A stretch of DNA of 64,000 nt from Acidobacteriota bacterium. Its GTDB lineage: Bacteria; Acidobacteriota; UBA6911; RPQK01; JAJDTT01. Below, one piece after another: positions 37,725-46,899 of the stretch; positions within the stretch are counted from its first letter, which is position 1; every line of letters starts with the position of its first letter. Under the pieces are notes generated by a model. The model was given only the letters and a program-made list of their open reading frames with translations. It was not told where the DNA came from and ran no database searches. The DNA is taken from assembly GCA_965217775.1 (NCBI GenBank), contig CBDCJH010000002.1, forward strand, positions 5,888,001 through 5,952,000. The letters are read 5' to 3'. Both the position numbers and the translations under genes were made by a program.

Positions 37725-40637
37725 TCAATCGATGACCTGCGGAGGGATGATCGATAGCTTTTCGAGATCTTCCGTAAAGATGAGCTCCAACGCCACGATC
37801 GGTTGGTCGGACGACACGGTGATGGAACCGCCGATGGCCGCCGGCAGGCTGGGAAAGATCTCGTGAGCCATCCCGATCTGGCGGTGTCCCCTGTCCAAGG
37901 TCAGGGTCCTTTCCTCTACCAACGGGTTTCCACCGGTGGAGCGGACCGTCAGCTTCACCGTCGCCGTCGGGCCGGGACCGGGATAGAGAAACGCCAGACC
38001 GGTCCTGTACTTCTCGACTCCTCCGTGGGCAACATAGGGTAGAACATACTCCCTGGCCGGCGCCGACACGGCCGGGGTGCTGAGCATGCCCTTTCCGGAA
38101 AAGAGCTGCAATTCGGCACTGCCCACCAGCCCTGGCTGCGAGCCGTCGATCCGAATCCAGCCGGACACCAGCCCTCCCGTGTCCATGAGGTTCGGAAAGA
38201 TGGAGGCCATTTCCATGCGCAGGCCCTCGCCGGGAGCCAGCTCCAGCATCGGCGAAACCTCCACCGATTCCCCTTCATTGTCCATCAGGGAAAGTTGGAC
38301 CGTCATCTCGTCAGTGCCCTGGTGCACCAGGTTGACGTGGGTCTGGCTGCCTCCGAAGGTCACCGCCTGCGGCAGGTAGAGAGTCTCGGCCGGGACGACT
38401 CCCGGGGCTTCCACCACCAGTCCGTCCACCATGGCCATGCGCTCCTCATCGTACCAACGCTGGTAGGCCATGATCCCCTGCTCGCTCTCGACCGTGATGT
38501 AGGAGCCATCGTAGCCGTTGCTGGTCAAGGGCCGGCAGGTCGCCTGTTCAGGGTCCTCACAAGCGGCCAGACTGTCTTCGGCGCAGGGCTCCCCGTTGTC
38601 CGAGCAGGTTCCGCGCTGACAGAAGAAGTCGTCCAGGAAGATCCCGCCGGTGGTAAAGCATTCGAAGGCGAGTCCTTGAAAGAAACCGATCTCGGCTCCC
38701 AGAGGTCCCCGCAACACCAGGCCGCCGAGGGTGTCCCGGGTATCTTCGAGAACCAGATCTCCCTCGGCCGTGTAGAGGCGCACGGAGATCTCCGTGTTGT
38801 TGGAGTTGGGATTGAGCACGAAAAGCTCAGTGGTAAAGCCGTCCTTGACCCGGACTTCGGGCAGGACGACTTTCTGCGCCGTCGTGGAGTACAAGGAGGC
38901 TGCATCCAGACGGCGCCGTTCCCCGCGGTCCCCGACCCTGAAGAACCCCTGGGCCTGGGCCTGGTCATCGTCCAGCAGCATCCACCCTTCCATGAACTGA
39001 TTGCGGTCGGCGCTGACCACTTCCCGAACCGTGGTGGACAACTGTCCCCGGGGAACGATGGTCAGGTTGGTGGGATTCTCTCCGAACTCCACGATGTCTT
39101 CCGTATCGTTCAAATCCTGAAATCGGATCCCCCCCACGTTGACTCCCCGGGCCATGATGTCGCTGGTCCGGGAAGAGAGGTTGGTCAGGTTCACCGCGGT
39201 AAACCATTCCTGAGAACTCAACAGGTAGGGGAGGAACAGCCGGCGGCTGGGGCGCAACAGTTCGATGGTGCCGAGGTTGAAGTTCACCGCTGTGATCGCC
39301 TCCCCGTCGGGACTCACGGCCACGTCCAGAGGCGCTCCGGGAACCTGGGGACGGAGGTCCTCGCTGGCGCCCCGCAACTTCTGTCCCACCAATACGGGTT
39401 GCAGGAGTTCGCCCGTATTCAGCTTGAACTGCAGGAGGACGTCGTCCATGGGAGCACCCAGCATCATGGTGGTTCCGTCCAGGAAGACGGGACGGCTGGA
39501 GTCGCGGAAATCGGATGTCCGGGGCTGGAAGGTGACGACTTCCAGGCTGTCCGCATCGATGGTCCCGTTCTCATCGGGGACGGGAATCGGAACCAGTTCC
39601 AAGTTCAGATTGCTCAGCGCCACGAACCACTTGCCGTCCGGCGTCGGCACGATTTCGACCGGGACGCCGCCCACCTCGAAGATCTTCACCACCTGTCCCG
39701 TCTGGATGTCGAACAGAGTGGCCCGATCCCTCCCCAACTCGGCGAGGGTCTGCAGGGCCCCCAGTTGCCGGTCCGCCACCAGCCCGTACCGGCCGTCCGG
39801 AGAGATGGCGGCTCCCGCACCCACCTCGAAATCATGGGGAGGCACTTGCTGTTCCGGATCCGGAATGATGGTCGTCACCGGAGAGAAGGAAGCGGTGTCC
39901 ACAATGGTAATGGCGTCCCTTTCTTCCGCGGGAGTCAGCAGGGTCGACCCGACCGTGATGACGAAGAACCGGCTCCCATCGGGAGTCATACGGAGGGTCG
40001 TGGGCCGGGTTCCGCCCGGCATCTGGAGTCTGGGTTCCACTTCCTGGAGGGTCGTGGTGTCGAAGCGCAGGATCTCGTCGGTCCCGGACGAGGCCACGAT
40101 GCCCATGCCCCCGTCTCCGGAGAAGACCATGTTGTTGGCGACGGAGAAGAAAGCCTCCATCGCCAGGATCCGGACCTCCAAGGTGTCCACGTCGATGGCC
40201 GCGATCGCACCCTGAACTGGCTGCGTCTCTTCCTGGGAGGCGTCGGCCCTGAAGGCGTCGGCCCGGCCATTTTCGTTGATGAACGCGCACAAGACCGCGA
40301 CCCGGTTCCCGCCGGGCATGAGGGCGATATGGCCCGGGCTCTCGGGAACGTCCACGATGCCCAGGATGTCGCCGGTCTTGGGATTGAAGGCCAGGACCTT
40401 GTCCGAGAAGGTGTAGCTGACGAAGGCCTTGCTCGAGTCGGGAGTGAAGACCACATTGGGAGAGTAATTGAGATCGCTCTGGCCGGCCCCAAGTATCAGG
40501 GGCACTTCGTTGGGATCCATATGCAGCTCGTCCTCGGGCTGGCTGGGATCCAGCGTCATGAATACGCGCTGGCCGCGGAGTGCCGATCCCCCCAGGCTCA
40601 GCAAGACGAACAGAAGAATCACAAGCTGGCGGCGCAT
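37725..40637 (-). CDS. Large secreted protein: YVTN/YncE-like beta-propeller plus repeated beta-sandwich modules
   Basis: Signal peptide; FTPDSSKAFV, TPDGSRFFV, SPDGRY blades; repeated 'LP.....TxxxLxN' modules. Confidence 0.75.
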   Translation of the reverse strand: MRRQLVILLFVLLSLGGSALRGQRVFMTLDPSQPEDELHMDPNEVPLILGAGQSDLNYSPNVVFTPDSSKAFVSYTFSDKVLAFNPKTGDILGIVDVPESPGHIALMPGGNRVAVLCAFINENGRADAFRADASQEETQPVQGAIAAIDVDTLEVRILAMEAFFSVANNMVFSGDGGMGIVASSGTDEILRFDTTTLQEVEPRLQMPGGTRPTTLRMTPDGSRFFVITVGSTLLTPAEERDAITIVDTASFSPVTTIIPDPEQQVPPHDFEVGAGAAISPDGRYGLVADRQLGALQTLAELGRDRATLFDIQTGQVVKIFEVGGVPVEIVPTPDGKWFVALSNLNLELVPIPVPDENGTIDADSLEVVTFQPRTSDFRDSSRPVFLDGTTMMLGAPMDDVLLQFKLNTGELLQPVLVGQKLRGASEDLRPQVPGAPLDVAVSPDGEAITAVNFNLGTIELLRPSRRLFLPYLLSSQEWFTAVNLTNLSSRTSDIMARGVNVGGIRFQDLNDTEDIVEFGENPTNLTIVPRGQLSTTVREVVSADRNQFMEGWMLLDDDQAQAQGFFRVGDRGERRRLDAASLYSTTAQKVVLPEVRVKDGFTTELFVLNPNSNNTEISVRLYTAEGDLVLEDTRDTLGGLVLRGPLGAEIGFFQGLAFECFTTGGIFLDDFFCQRGTCSDNGEPCAEDSLAACEDPEQATCRPLTSNGYDGSYITVESEQGIMAYQRWYDEERMAMVDGLVVEAPGVVPAETLYLPQAVTFGGSQTHVNLVHQGTDEMTVQLSLMDNEGESVEVSPMLELAPGEGLRMEMASIFPNLMDTGGLVSGWIRIDGSQPGLVGSAELQLFSGKGMLSTPAVSAPAREYVLPYVAHGGVEKYRTGLAFLYPGPGPTATVKLTVRSTGGNPLVEERTLTLDRGHRQIGMAHEIFPSLPAAIGGSITVSSDQPIVALELIFTEDLEKLSIIPPQVID

Positions 40638-40693
40638 CACTGGACCTTCATGATATTCCGGCCGGAACCGGCCGCTCAATCCATAGACCCGAC

Positions 40694-41080
40694 TCAAGTG
40701 GAGCGATCTCCCGACCGGGAATGGAGCACCCGGAAATCCAGACTTCGGACCAGGGCCCGGTCCCAGAACCGGTTGACCTTAGATATCAGGGCCGGAGTCA
40801 TTCCCCGGAGTATCCCCTCCCATTCGGAGTCAGGTACTCCGATCTCCAGGATGCGGCCTCGGAGACGCAGAGGATCCGTCGATGCGGCCAACGGCGCCCC
40901 GACGATCCGAGGCCAGAACTCACGCAGGAAGATCACGGCCACTTGCTCGTCCCGAACGATCTCCCGCAGCCAGGGCAGAAAGAGAGATCCGACCGTTCTC
41001 ATCGGCGCCGTCCGTCTGCCCCCAGACAAAAGCGGCGCCTTCCGGCTCGGAACTCGATTTCCCGGGTCCGGTTGTCTCAT
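40694..41080 (-). CDS. DUF721/DciA family protein (start 41080 or 41002)
   Basis: WPRIVGAPLAASTDPLRLRGRILEIGVPDSEW..LISKVN. Confidence 0.75.
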   Translation of the reverse strand: MRQPDPGNRVPSRKAPLLSGGRRTAPMRTVGSLFLPWLREIVRDEQVAVIFLREFWPRIVGAPLAASTDPLRLRGRILEIGVPDSEWEGILRGMTPALISKVNRFWDRALVRSLDFRVLHSRSGDRST

Positions 41081-41141
41081 GACCGCACCAGTCTAGCAAA
41101 ATGAACTCGCGCCATGCCCTGATCTTTACGGATCAACCCTG

Positions 41142-41198
41142 GCAGTCCGCCGGGATGCAGACCCGGTCGAATGCCGCGACGACCGTTGCCACGGGCTG
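41142..41198 (+). mobile_element. MITE-A right half
   Basis: gcagtccgccgggatgcagacccggtcgaatgccgcgacgaccgttgccacgggctg. Confidence 0.85.
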
Positions 41199-41293
41199 TC
41201 AGGCCCGGCCGGACCCCGCCCCGCACCTGGCGTGACCCTGTTGTCGTTCCCGCCACCGGTCTTCGAGTGGTAGGGAGCTTCCGGATCCTCGAC

Positions 41294-41323
41294 TTGACAA
41301 TGGGCGGAAGCCTCCCTTACATA
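41294..41323 (+). promoter_or_regulatory. Putative sigma70 promoter of the HNH gene
   Basis: TTGACA followed 17-18 nt later by TTACATA. Confidence 0.4.
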
Positions 41324-41345
41324 TCGACCCGCGCTTCGTTGACAA

Positions 41346-41873
41346 GTGGAACACACTCTGGTTCTCAACGCCACCTACGAGCCTCTGCAGATCATCGGTT
41401 GGAAACGCGCCGTCCGCATGGTCTTCCAGGAGAAGGTCGAGGTGGTGGCCGAATACGACCGCGAGATCCGGAGTGTCTCGAACCGGATCCGCCTCCCCTC
41501 GATCCTGCGTCTTCTTCACTACGTCAAGCTCCGGCATGGGTGCCACCGGATCAAATTCAGCCGTGAAAACCTGTACGCTCGAGACAACTATCGTTGCCAG
41601 TATTGCGGCTTGAAGGCGCCTCTCAACCAGCTCACTTACGATCACGTGGTCCCCGTGGCCCAAGGGGGGATCAAAAGCTGGGAAAACATCGTCACCTGCT
41701 GTATCCAATGCAACCGGAAGAAGGGGAATCGCTCTCCGGCGCAGGCCAACCTGCGCCTGCTGAGAATCCCCAAGGCTCCCTCAGGTTTTCCCTACCGCGT
41801 CCGTCTCCTGTTCCGCCAGCCGGCCGTTCCCGAGAGTTGGAAGGATTACATCTTCTGGCCCGGGGGAACCTGA
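41346..41873 (+). CDS. HNH endonuclease (McrA-like small family)
   Basis: LVLNATYEPL, RDNYRCQYCG, TYDHVVP..WENIVTCCIQCNRKK. Confidence 0.92.
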   Translation: MEHTLVLNATYEPLQIIGWKRAVRMVFQEKVEVVAEYDREIRSVSNRIRLPSILRLLHYVKLRHGCHRIKFSRENLYARDNYRCQYCGLKAPLNQLTYDHVVPVAQGGIKSWENIVTCCIQCNRKKGNRSPAQANLRLLRIPKAPSGFPYRVRLLFRQPAVPESWKDYIFWPGGT

Positions 41874-42568
41874 TGGACGGATCTCTGGTGATCTTTTCCC
41901 GGTTTCCCCGACTGGGCCGGGTGAAGACCAGACTGGAGCCGGCGTTGGGGCAGCGGGGTTGCTTGGAACTCCACCGGGCGCTGCTTCTGGACACTGTCGA
42001 ACGGACGCGTTTCCTGTGCCGGCGGCACTACCTGTATCTGGGAGACTCGACCGCCCGGGAACGGGCCCGGTTCGCCGAAGCCTGGCGCCTGCCCGCGGAT
42101 CTGATCATCCGCGGACAGACGGGAGCGGACCTGGGAGAGAGATTGTGGGAGGCCTGCCGGCAGGTTGCCGCGGAATCGCAGGAGAAGCCCGTGGTCTTCC
42201 TGGGTGCCGACTCCCCTACGGTGCCGAGAAAATACATTCGCCAAGCCCTGGCACAACTTGCGAGACGGCCCGTAGTCCTGGGACCGGCCGAGGACGGGGG
42301 GTACTATCTCATCGGTCTTTCCCACCCTAGACCGGAACTCTTCTCGAATCTGGATTGGGGGACCGGTAAGGTTCTGGAAGAGACGCTTCAGAGATTGCGG
42401 CCGGAACAATATACGTTGCTGCCCACCTGGTTCGACGTTGACGACGGCGGCGATCTGGCTCGTCTCCACGCGGAGATCGAGGCCGAGCGACCCCACGTCT
42501 TCCGGAACACGCGCCGTTGCCTGCGCCGGCTGCTTCTCGATCCAGCTCTCCGTCCGGTTTTCGGGTGA
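41873..42568 (+). CDS. DUF2064 / TIGR04282 glycosyltransferase-A-like protein
   Basis: PRLGRVKTRL, QTGADLGERL, GADSP, VLGPAEDGGYYLIG, WFDVD. Confidence 0.85.
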   Translation: MDGSLVIFSRFPRLGRVKTRLEPALGQRGCLELHRALLLDTVERTRFLCRRHYLYLGDSTARERARFAEAWRLPADLIIRGQTGADLGERLWEACRQVAAESQEKPVVFLGADSPTVPRKYIRQALAQLARRPVVLGPAEDGGYYLIGLSHPRPELFSNLDWGTGKVLEETLQRLRPEQYTLLPTWFDVDDGGDLARLHAEIEAERPHVFRNTRRCLRRLLLDPALRPVFG

Positions 42569-42700
42569 CCCTTTCAGGGGAAATTCACGTCTCAAGAAGG
42601 TACGGTCGGATCGGGGTTCGGTTGACCCGATGCGGCCACCTTGACTAACATTGCAACAGGTGTGTGTCCGCGGAGAGCGTGAAGGGGTTTTGAACCGGCG

Positions 42701-43540
42701 GTGAAGGATTTCCTGGAACGGCTGTTGGGTCTGAAGGTCTCCGAGGCCCAAATGGAGGGGCCGCGAGACCCATATAACATCTATGAATGGGATCTCGACG
42801 ACCGGAGGCCGTTGGTGGTCGCCGCCATCCTGGCCATCCTCTTTCACGCCGTTTTACTGCTGATGGTCTTCCCCTCGTTCGGCAGGACGGTCCTGGTTCC
42901 GACGCAGCAGGTCCTGGTACTCAAAAACCTGGCGAAGCCGGCGGCTCTCGCCGGAGGCGGTGACCTGCCCAAGGCGACTCCGCCCAAACCCCAGCCGGTG
43001 CGGCCGAAACCCAAGCCGGTTCTGGTTCCCATCCCCGATCCAACTCCCAGAGACCCCGAACCCATTCGCAAGGAGGAACTGGAAGACATCCCCCAGGTCC
43101 TCAAGCAGATCGTCGCGGAATTGAACCTGGACGATATCCAGGCTCCGCCGGGTCGTCCGGGCCGGGGCGGTCAGGGTGAGAGCCGGGGCGAGGGCACGGG
43201 AACCGGACCGCTTGCCGGCTCGGGACCAGCGGCCGGAGACGGTAGCGGCATCTATCGATACGGGAGCGGAGTCACCAACCCCGTCCCCATCGTTCAAACG
43301 ACTCCCAGTTACACCGACGCCGCCATCAAAGCCAAGGTTCAGGGCGTGGTCTGGCTACAGGCCATCATCCGGAAGGACGGCAACGTCGACAGCTTCAAGG
43401 TCATTCGGGGATTGGGCCACGGATTGGAAGAACAGGCCATCCAGGAGATCGCCACCAACTGGCGCTTTCGACCCGGAATGCTCAACGGGAGTCCAGTGGA
43501 CGTCCTGGCGACCATCGAAGTCCAGTTCAACCTGAGATAG
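42701..43540 (+). CDS. TonB-family energy transducer
   Basis: TM helix with His, Pro/Lys-rich linker, PSYTDAAIKAKVQGVV..WRFRPG. Confidence 0.88.
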   Translation: MKDFLERLLGLKVSEAQMEGPRDPYNIYEWDLDDRRPLVVAAILAILFHAVLLLMVFPSFGRTVLVPTQQVLVLKNLAKPAALAGGGDLPKATPPKPQPVRPKPKPVLVPIPDPTPRDPEPIRKEELEDIPQVLKQIVAELNLDDIQAPPGRPGRGGQGESRGEGTGTGPLAGSGPAAGDGSGIYRYGSGVTNPVPIVQTTPSYTDAAIKAKVQGVVWLQAIIRKDGNVDSFKVIRGLGHGLEEQAIQEIATNWRFRPGMLNGSPVDVLATIEVQFNLR

Positions 43541-43571
43541 GCCAACGAGACTGGGTTGAAAAGGGATTATC

Positions 43572-43960
43572 ATGCTCGACACGCTTATGGCAGCCGATCA
43601 ACTCACTGCCGCAGGCGTCGAATCCCGCGCAGGCTAAACAGCCCGTGGTAAAAAGTCATCACGGCATTCGACCGTCCCTGCATCCCGGCGGACCGCGTTG
43701 CGATTCGGTCACAGACTCACGGTATGCGCCCTCATCGCGCCTTGTCCGGCGGGCGCAGGAACGGTCTCGGTGCTCGCGGGACTTTCACCACGGACGGTAA
43801 AGCCATTGTGGCTTTGTTTCGCTCCAGTGAAGAGGCTGCCGTCACTCGGACCGAACTGGAAGTGGCGTTGGCCCAACTGGAAACCAGGCTCTACAGGGCA
43901 CTCCTCGTGCAGACTTTCACCATTGGCGGGTTGGTTGTCGCCTTGCTCAAGCTCCTGTGA
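43572..43960 (+). pseudogene. DUF1640/CCDC90-like small coiled-coil membrane protein interrupted by MITE-A
   Basis: MLDTLMAADQLTAAGVES | MITE | KAIVALFRSSEEAAVTRTELEVALAQLETRL..LVVALLKLL. Confidence 0.75.
43639..43797 (-). mobile_element. MITE-A full copy (159 bp) with TAAA target duplication
   Basis: TAAA at 43635-43638 and 43798-43801. Confidence 0.92.
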
Positions 43961-43994
43961 GGGGTCTTTTCCGCAATCCGGTTGGGGGGATCCA

Positions 43995-44038
43995 TAAGGG
44001 TTGCCCCGACGAAGGGCAACCACAAGGGTTGCCCCGAC
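43995..44038. repeat. REP-like GGGCAACCACAAGGGTTGCCCC units (1.5 copies)
   Basis: aagggttgccccgacg occurs twice; palindromic GGGCAACC..GGTTGCCC. Confidence 0.7.
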
Positions 44039-44069
44039 GCCATCTTATCCCAGTATAATTCCGGCTCTT

Positions 44070-46841
44070 GTGGGTGAAAAACTCGACCTGAAAGGAACCA
44101 TCAACCTTCCCAGAACCCGTTTCCGGATGAAGGCGAATCTGCCCGTTCTGGAGCCGCGGATTCTAAAAACTTGGGAGGAGTCGGGGATTTACGGGAAGAT
44201 CCGCGAGTCGCGGAAGGGCCGGCCCCTCTTCATCCTTCACGACGGCCCCCCCTACGCCAACGGCCATCTCCACGTGGGACACGCAATGAACAAGATCCTC
44301 AAGGATCTCATTGTCCGTTCCAAGACCATGGAGGGTTACGATTGTCCTTACGTGCCGGGGTGGGACTGCCATGGGCTGCCCATCGAGATCCAGGTCATGA
44401 ACCGAAAGCGGGCCGACCTGGACCCGTTGGAAGTGCGCCGGCGATGCCGCCGGCACGCCGGCAAGTTCGTGCGCATCCAGGGGGAAGAGTTCCGCCGCTT
44501 GGGTGTCACGGGAGATTGGACCGCGCCCTACCTGACCATGAGCCGTTCCTATGAAGCCGAGACGGCTCGGTTCCTGGGTGATTTCGTCCGTCGGGGAAAC
44601 GTTTACAAGGGTCTGAAGCCGGTTCATTGGTGCATTCACTGCGAGACGGCTCTGGCCGAGGCCGAAGTGGAGTATTCGGAACATGTCAGCCCCTCGGTCT
44701 ACGTCCGGTTTCCGGTGACGGGAGGACTTCACGGGGTGGATGTCGGGGCCCGGCCCGTCTCGGTTCTGATCTGGACCACGACCCCTTGGACCCTCCCCGC
44801 CAACCTGGGTCTCTGCTTTCATCCCGACTTCGAATACGCGTTGTTGGAAACCGGGGACGACGTTTTCATCCTGGCTGCCGATCTGGTTCCCCGCGTCTCC
44901 AAAGAGTGTGATTTGGGCGACTATCGGATCCTGGGACGGCTCCGGGGAGCCGCCCTCGGCGGTCTCGAGTGCCGTCACCCATGGATTCCGCGCCGGTCCG
45001 CGGTCGTCTTCGGAAATCACGTCACCCTGGATCAGGGCACCGGAGTGGTTCATACCGCGCCCGGACACGGAGAAGAGGACTACCGTCTGGGGGTCGACAA
45101 CGGTCTCGAGATCTATTGTCCGGTGGATGACTCGGGCCGGTTCCTGCCGGAAGTGGCTCACTTCGGGGGCATGCCCGTGTTCGAGGCCAACCCCTCCATC
45201 AACGGCTTTATGGCCCGGGAAGGCCATCTGGTCCGGGAAGGACCGTTCCGGCACAGCTATCCTCATTGCTGGCGCTGTCACAACCCGGTCATTTTTCGCG
45301 CCACGTCCCAGTGGTTCATCAGTATGGACCGGGAAGACCTGCGCGGCCGGGCGTTGCGCGAGATATCCAGGGTGCGGTGGCTTCCCTCTTGGGGCCGGGA
45401 GCGGATCCACAACATGATCTCCAGCCGGCCCGACTGGTGCATCAGCCGGCAGAGAACCTGGGGCGTTCCAATCGTCGCCTTCTACTGCAAGATCTGCCGG
45501 AAGATCCTCTTGGAGAGCGACATCATCGAACATGTGTCTCAGGTCTTCGAGCGGGAGGGAGCCGACGCCTGGTACCGGAGGCCTGCGCCGGAGCTTCTCC
45601 CGGAAGGCACCCGTTGCGACTGTGGAAGCGAAGAATTCGAGAAAGAAAAAGACATACTGGATGTCTGGTTCGACTCGGGGGTCAGTCATCACGTGCTGCG
45701 GAATACGCCGGGACTCGACTGGCCGGCGGATCTCTACCTGGAGGGTGGAGATCAGTTCCGGGGTTGGTTTCACAGTTCCTTGCTGGTCGGAGTCGGCGTC
45801 AGCGACGGTGCTCCCTACAGGTCGGTCCTGTGCCATGGTTGGACGCTGGATGCCGACGGGAAGGCCATGTCCAAATCCAGAGGCAACGTCATTTCTCCCC
45901 AGGAGATCATCAAGCGGGACGGCGCCGAGATCTTGCGTCTCTGGGTCTCGTCCATCGACTACACCGAAGACGTCCGCCTGGGGGAAGAGATCCTTTCCCG
46001 TCTCCGGGACGCCTACCGCAAGCTGAGAAATACGAGCCGCTTCCTCTTGGGCAACCTTCACGACTTCTCTCCGGAACTGGCGGTCCCGGACGGGGAGCTG
46101 CTGGAGTTGGATCGTTGGGCTCTGGCTCACACCGCCGCCACGGCACGGCGCGTGGAGGAGGCCTACCGGAATTTCGAGTTCCACACCGTCTACCATTCCC
46201 TCTACCACTTCTGTGTGGTGGGGCTTTCCAGCTTTTATCTCGACGTTCTGAAGGATCGCCTCTACGTCTCGGCGGCCGATTCCAGAGAACGAAGGTCGGC
46301 CCAGACGGCCCTGTTCCGGATCGCGGACGCATTGGTTCGGCTGCTGGCTCCGATGCTGCCCTTTACCACAACCCAGATCTGGGAAGAACTTCACGGTCAG
46401 AATCCTCCGGCCGAGTCGGTCCACATGGCCGAGTTCTCCCGGGAACTGGACCGGTATGCGAACCTCGAGCTTCTGGAGCAATGGGAGCCGCTCCTGCAAA
46501 TTCGCAACCAGGTCAGTAAATCACTTGAGGAATGCCGGCAGGAGAAGGTCATCGGGAACTCGTTGGAGGCGACGGTCAGGATCGAGGCCGGTGCGGAGAC
46601 TTACAAGACCCTCAGCCGGTATTCGAAGGATCTGGCCTCCGTCTTCATCGTCTCCGAAGTTGAACTCGGACTGAGAGAGGACATGGCGGCGGATGAGACC
46701 GAGATCAGGGTGACCAGAACCCGGGCGGAGAAATGCGCACGGTGCTGGAATCATAGACGCTCGGTGGGGACCCATGCCGATCTCCCGCAAGTCTGCTCCC
46801 GCTGCCATTTGGTGTTGAAACAGATCGGTGCCCTCAGTTGA
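44070..46841 (+). CDS. ileS: Isoleucine--tRNA ligase (type 1)
   Basis: DGPPYANGHLHVGH, WCISRQR, AMSKS, C-terminal KCARCW..VCSRC. Confidence 0.97.
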   Translation: MGEKLDLKGTINLPRTRFRMKANLPVLEPRILKTWEESGIYGKIRESRKGRPLFILHDGPPYANGHLHVGHAMNKILKDLIVRSKTMEGYDCPYVPGWDCHGLPIEIQVMNRKRADLDPLEVRRRCRRHAGKFVRIQGEEFRRLGVTGDWTAPYLTMSRSYEAETARFLGDFVRRGNVYKGLKPVHWCIHCETALAEAEVEYSEHVSPSVYVRFPVTGGLHGVDVGARPVSVLIWTTTPWTLPANLGLCFHPDFEYALLETGDDVFILAADLVPRVSKECDLGDYRILGRLRGAALGGLECRHPWIPRRSAVVFGNHVTLDQGTGVVHTAPGHGEEDYRLGVDNGLEIYCPVDDSGRFLPEVAHFGGMPVFEANPSINGFMAREGHLVREGPFRHSYPHCWRCHNPVIFRATSQWFISMDREDLRGRALREISRVRWLPSWGRERIHNMISSRPDWCISRQRTWGVPIVAFYCKICRKILLESDIIEHVSQVFEREGADAWYRRPAPELLPEGTRCDCGSEEFEKEKDILDVWFDSGVSHHVLRNTPGLDWPADLYLEGGDQFRGWFHSSLLVGVGVSDGAPYRSVLCHGWTLDADGKAMSKSRGNVISPQEIIKRDGAEILRLWVSSIDYTEDVRLGEEILSRLRDAYRKLRNTSRFLLGNLHDFSPELAVPDGELLELDRWALAHTAATARRVEEAYRNFEFHTVYHSLYHFCVVGLSSFYLDVLKDRLYVSAADSRERRSAQTALFRIADALVRLLAPMLPFTTTQIWEELHGQNPPAESVHMAEFSRELDRYANLELLEQWEPLLQIRNQVSKSLEECRQEKVIGNSLEATVRIEAGAETYKTLSRYSKDLASVFIVSEVELGLREDMAADETEIRVTRTRAEKCARCWNHRRSVGTHADLPQVCSRCHLVLKQIGALS

Positions 46842-46899
46842 AGTCTGGGATGGTGGGAAACGATTTCTTTCGGAAGCGATTATTGCGCTGGAGAAGACG

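Noticed and set aside
38295-41096. 933-aa plus-strand ORF
   Set aside because: Antisense shadow of the secreted protein gene, expected at high GC3; no motifs.
41346-41873. HNH nuclease as the mobiliser of the MITEs or as a defence system
   Set aside because: It belongs to a common stand-alone HNH family; only a half element lies nearby, and 4-bp duplications point to a DDE transposase.
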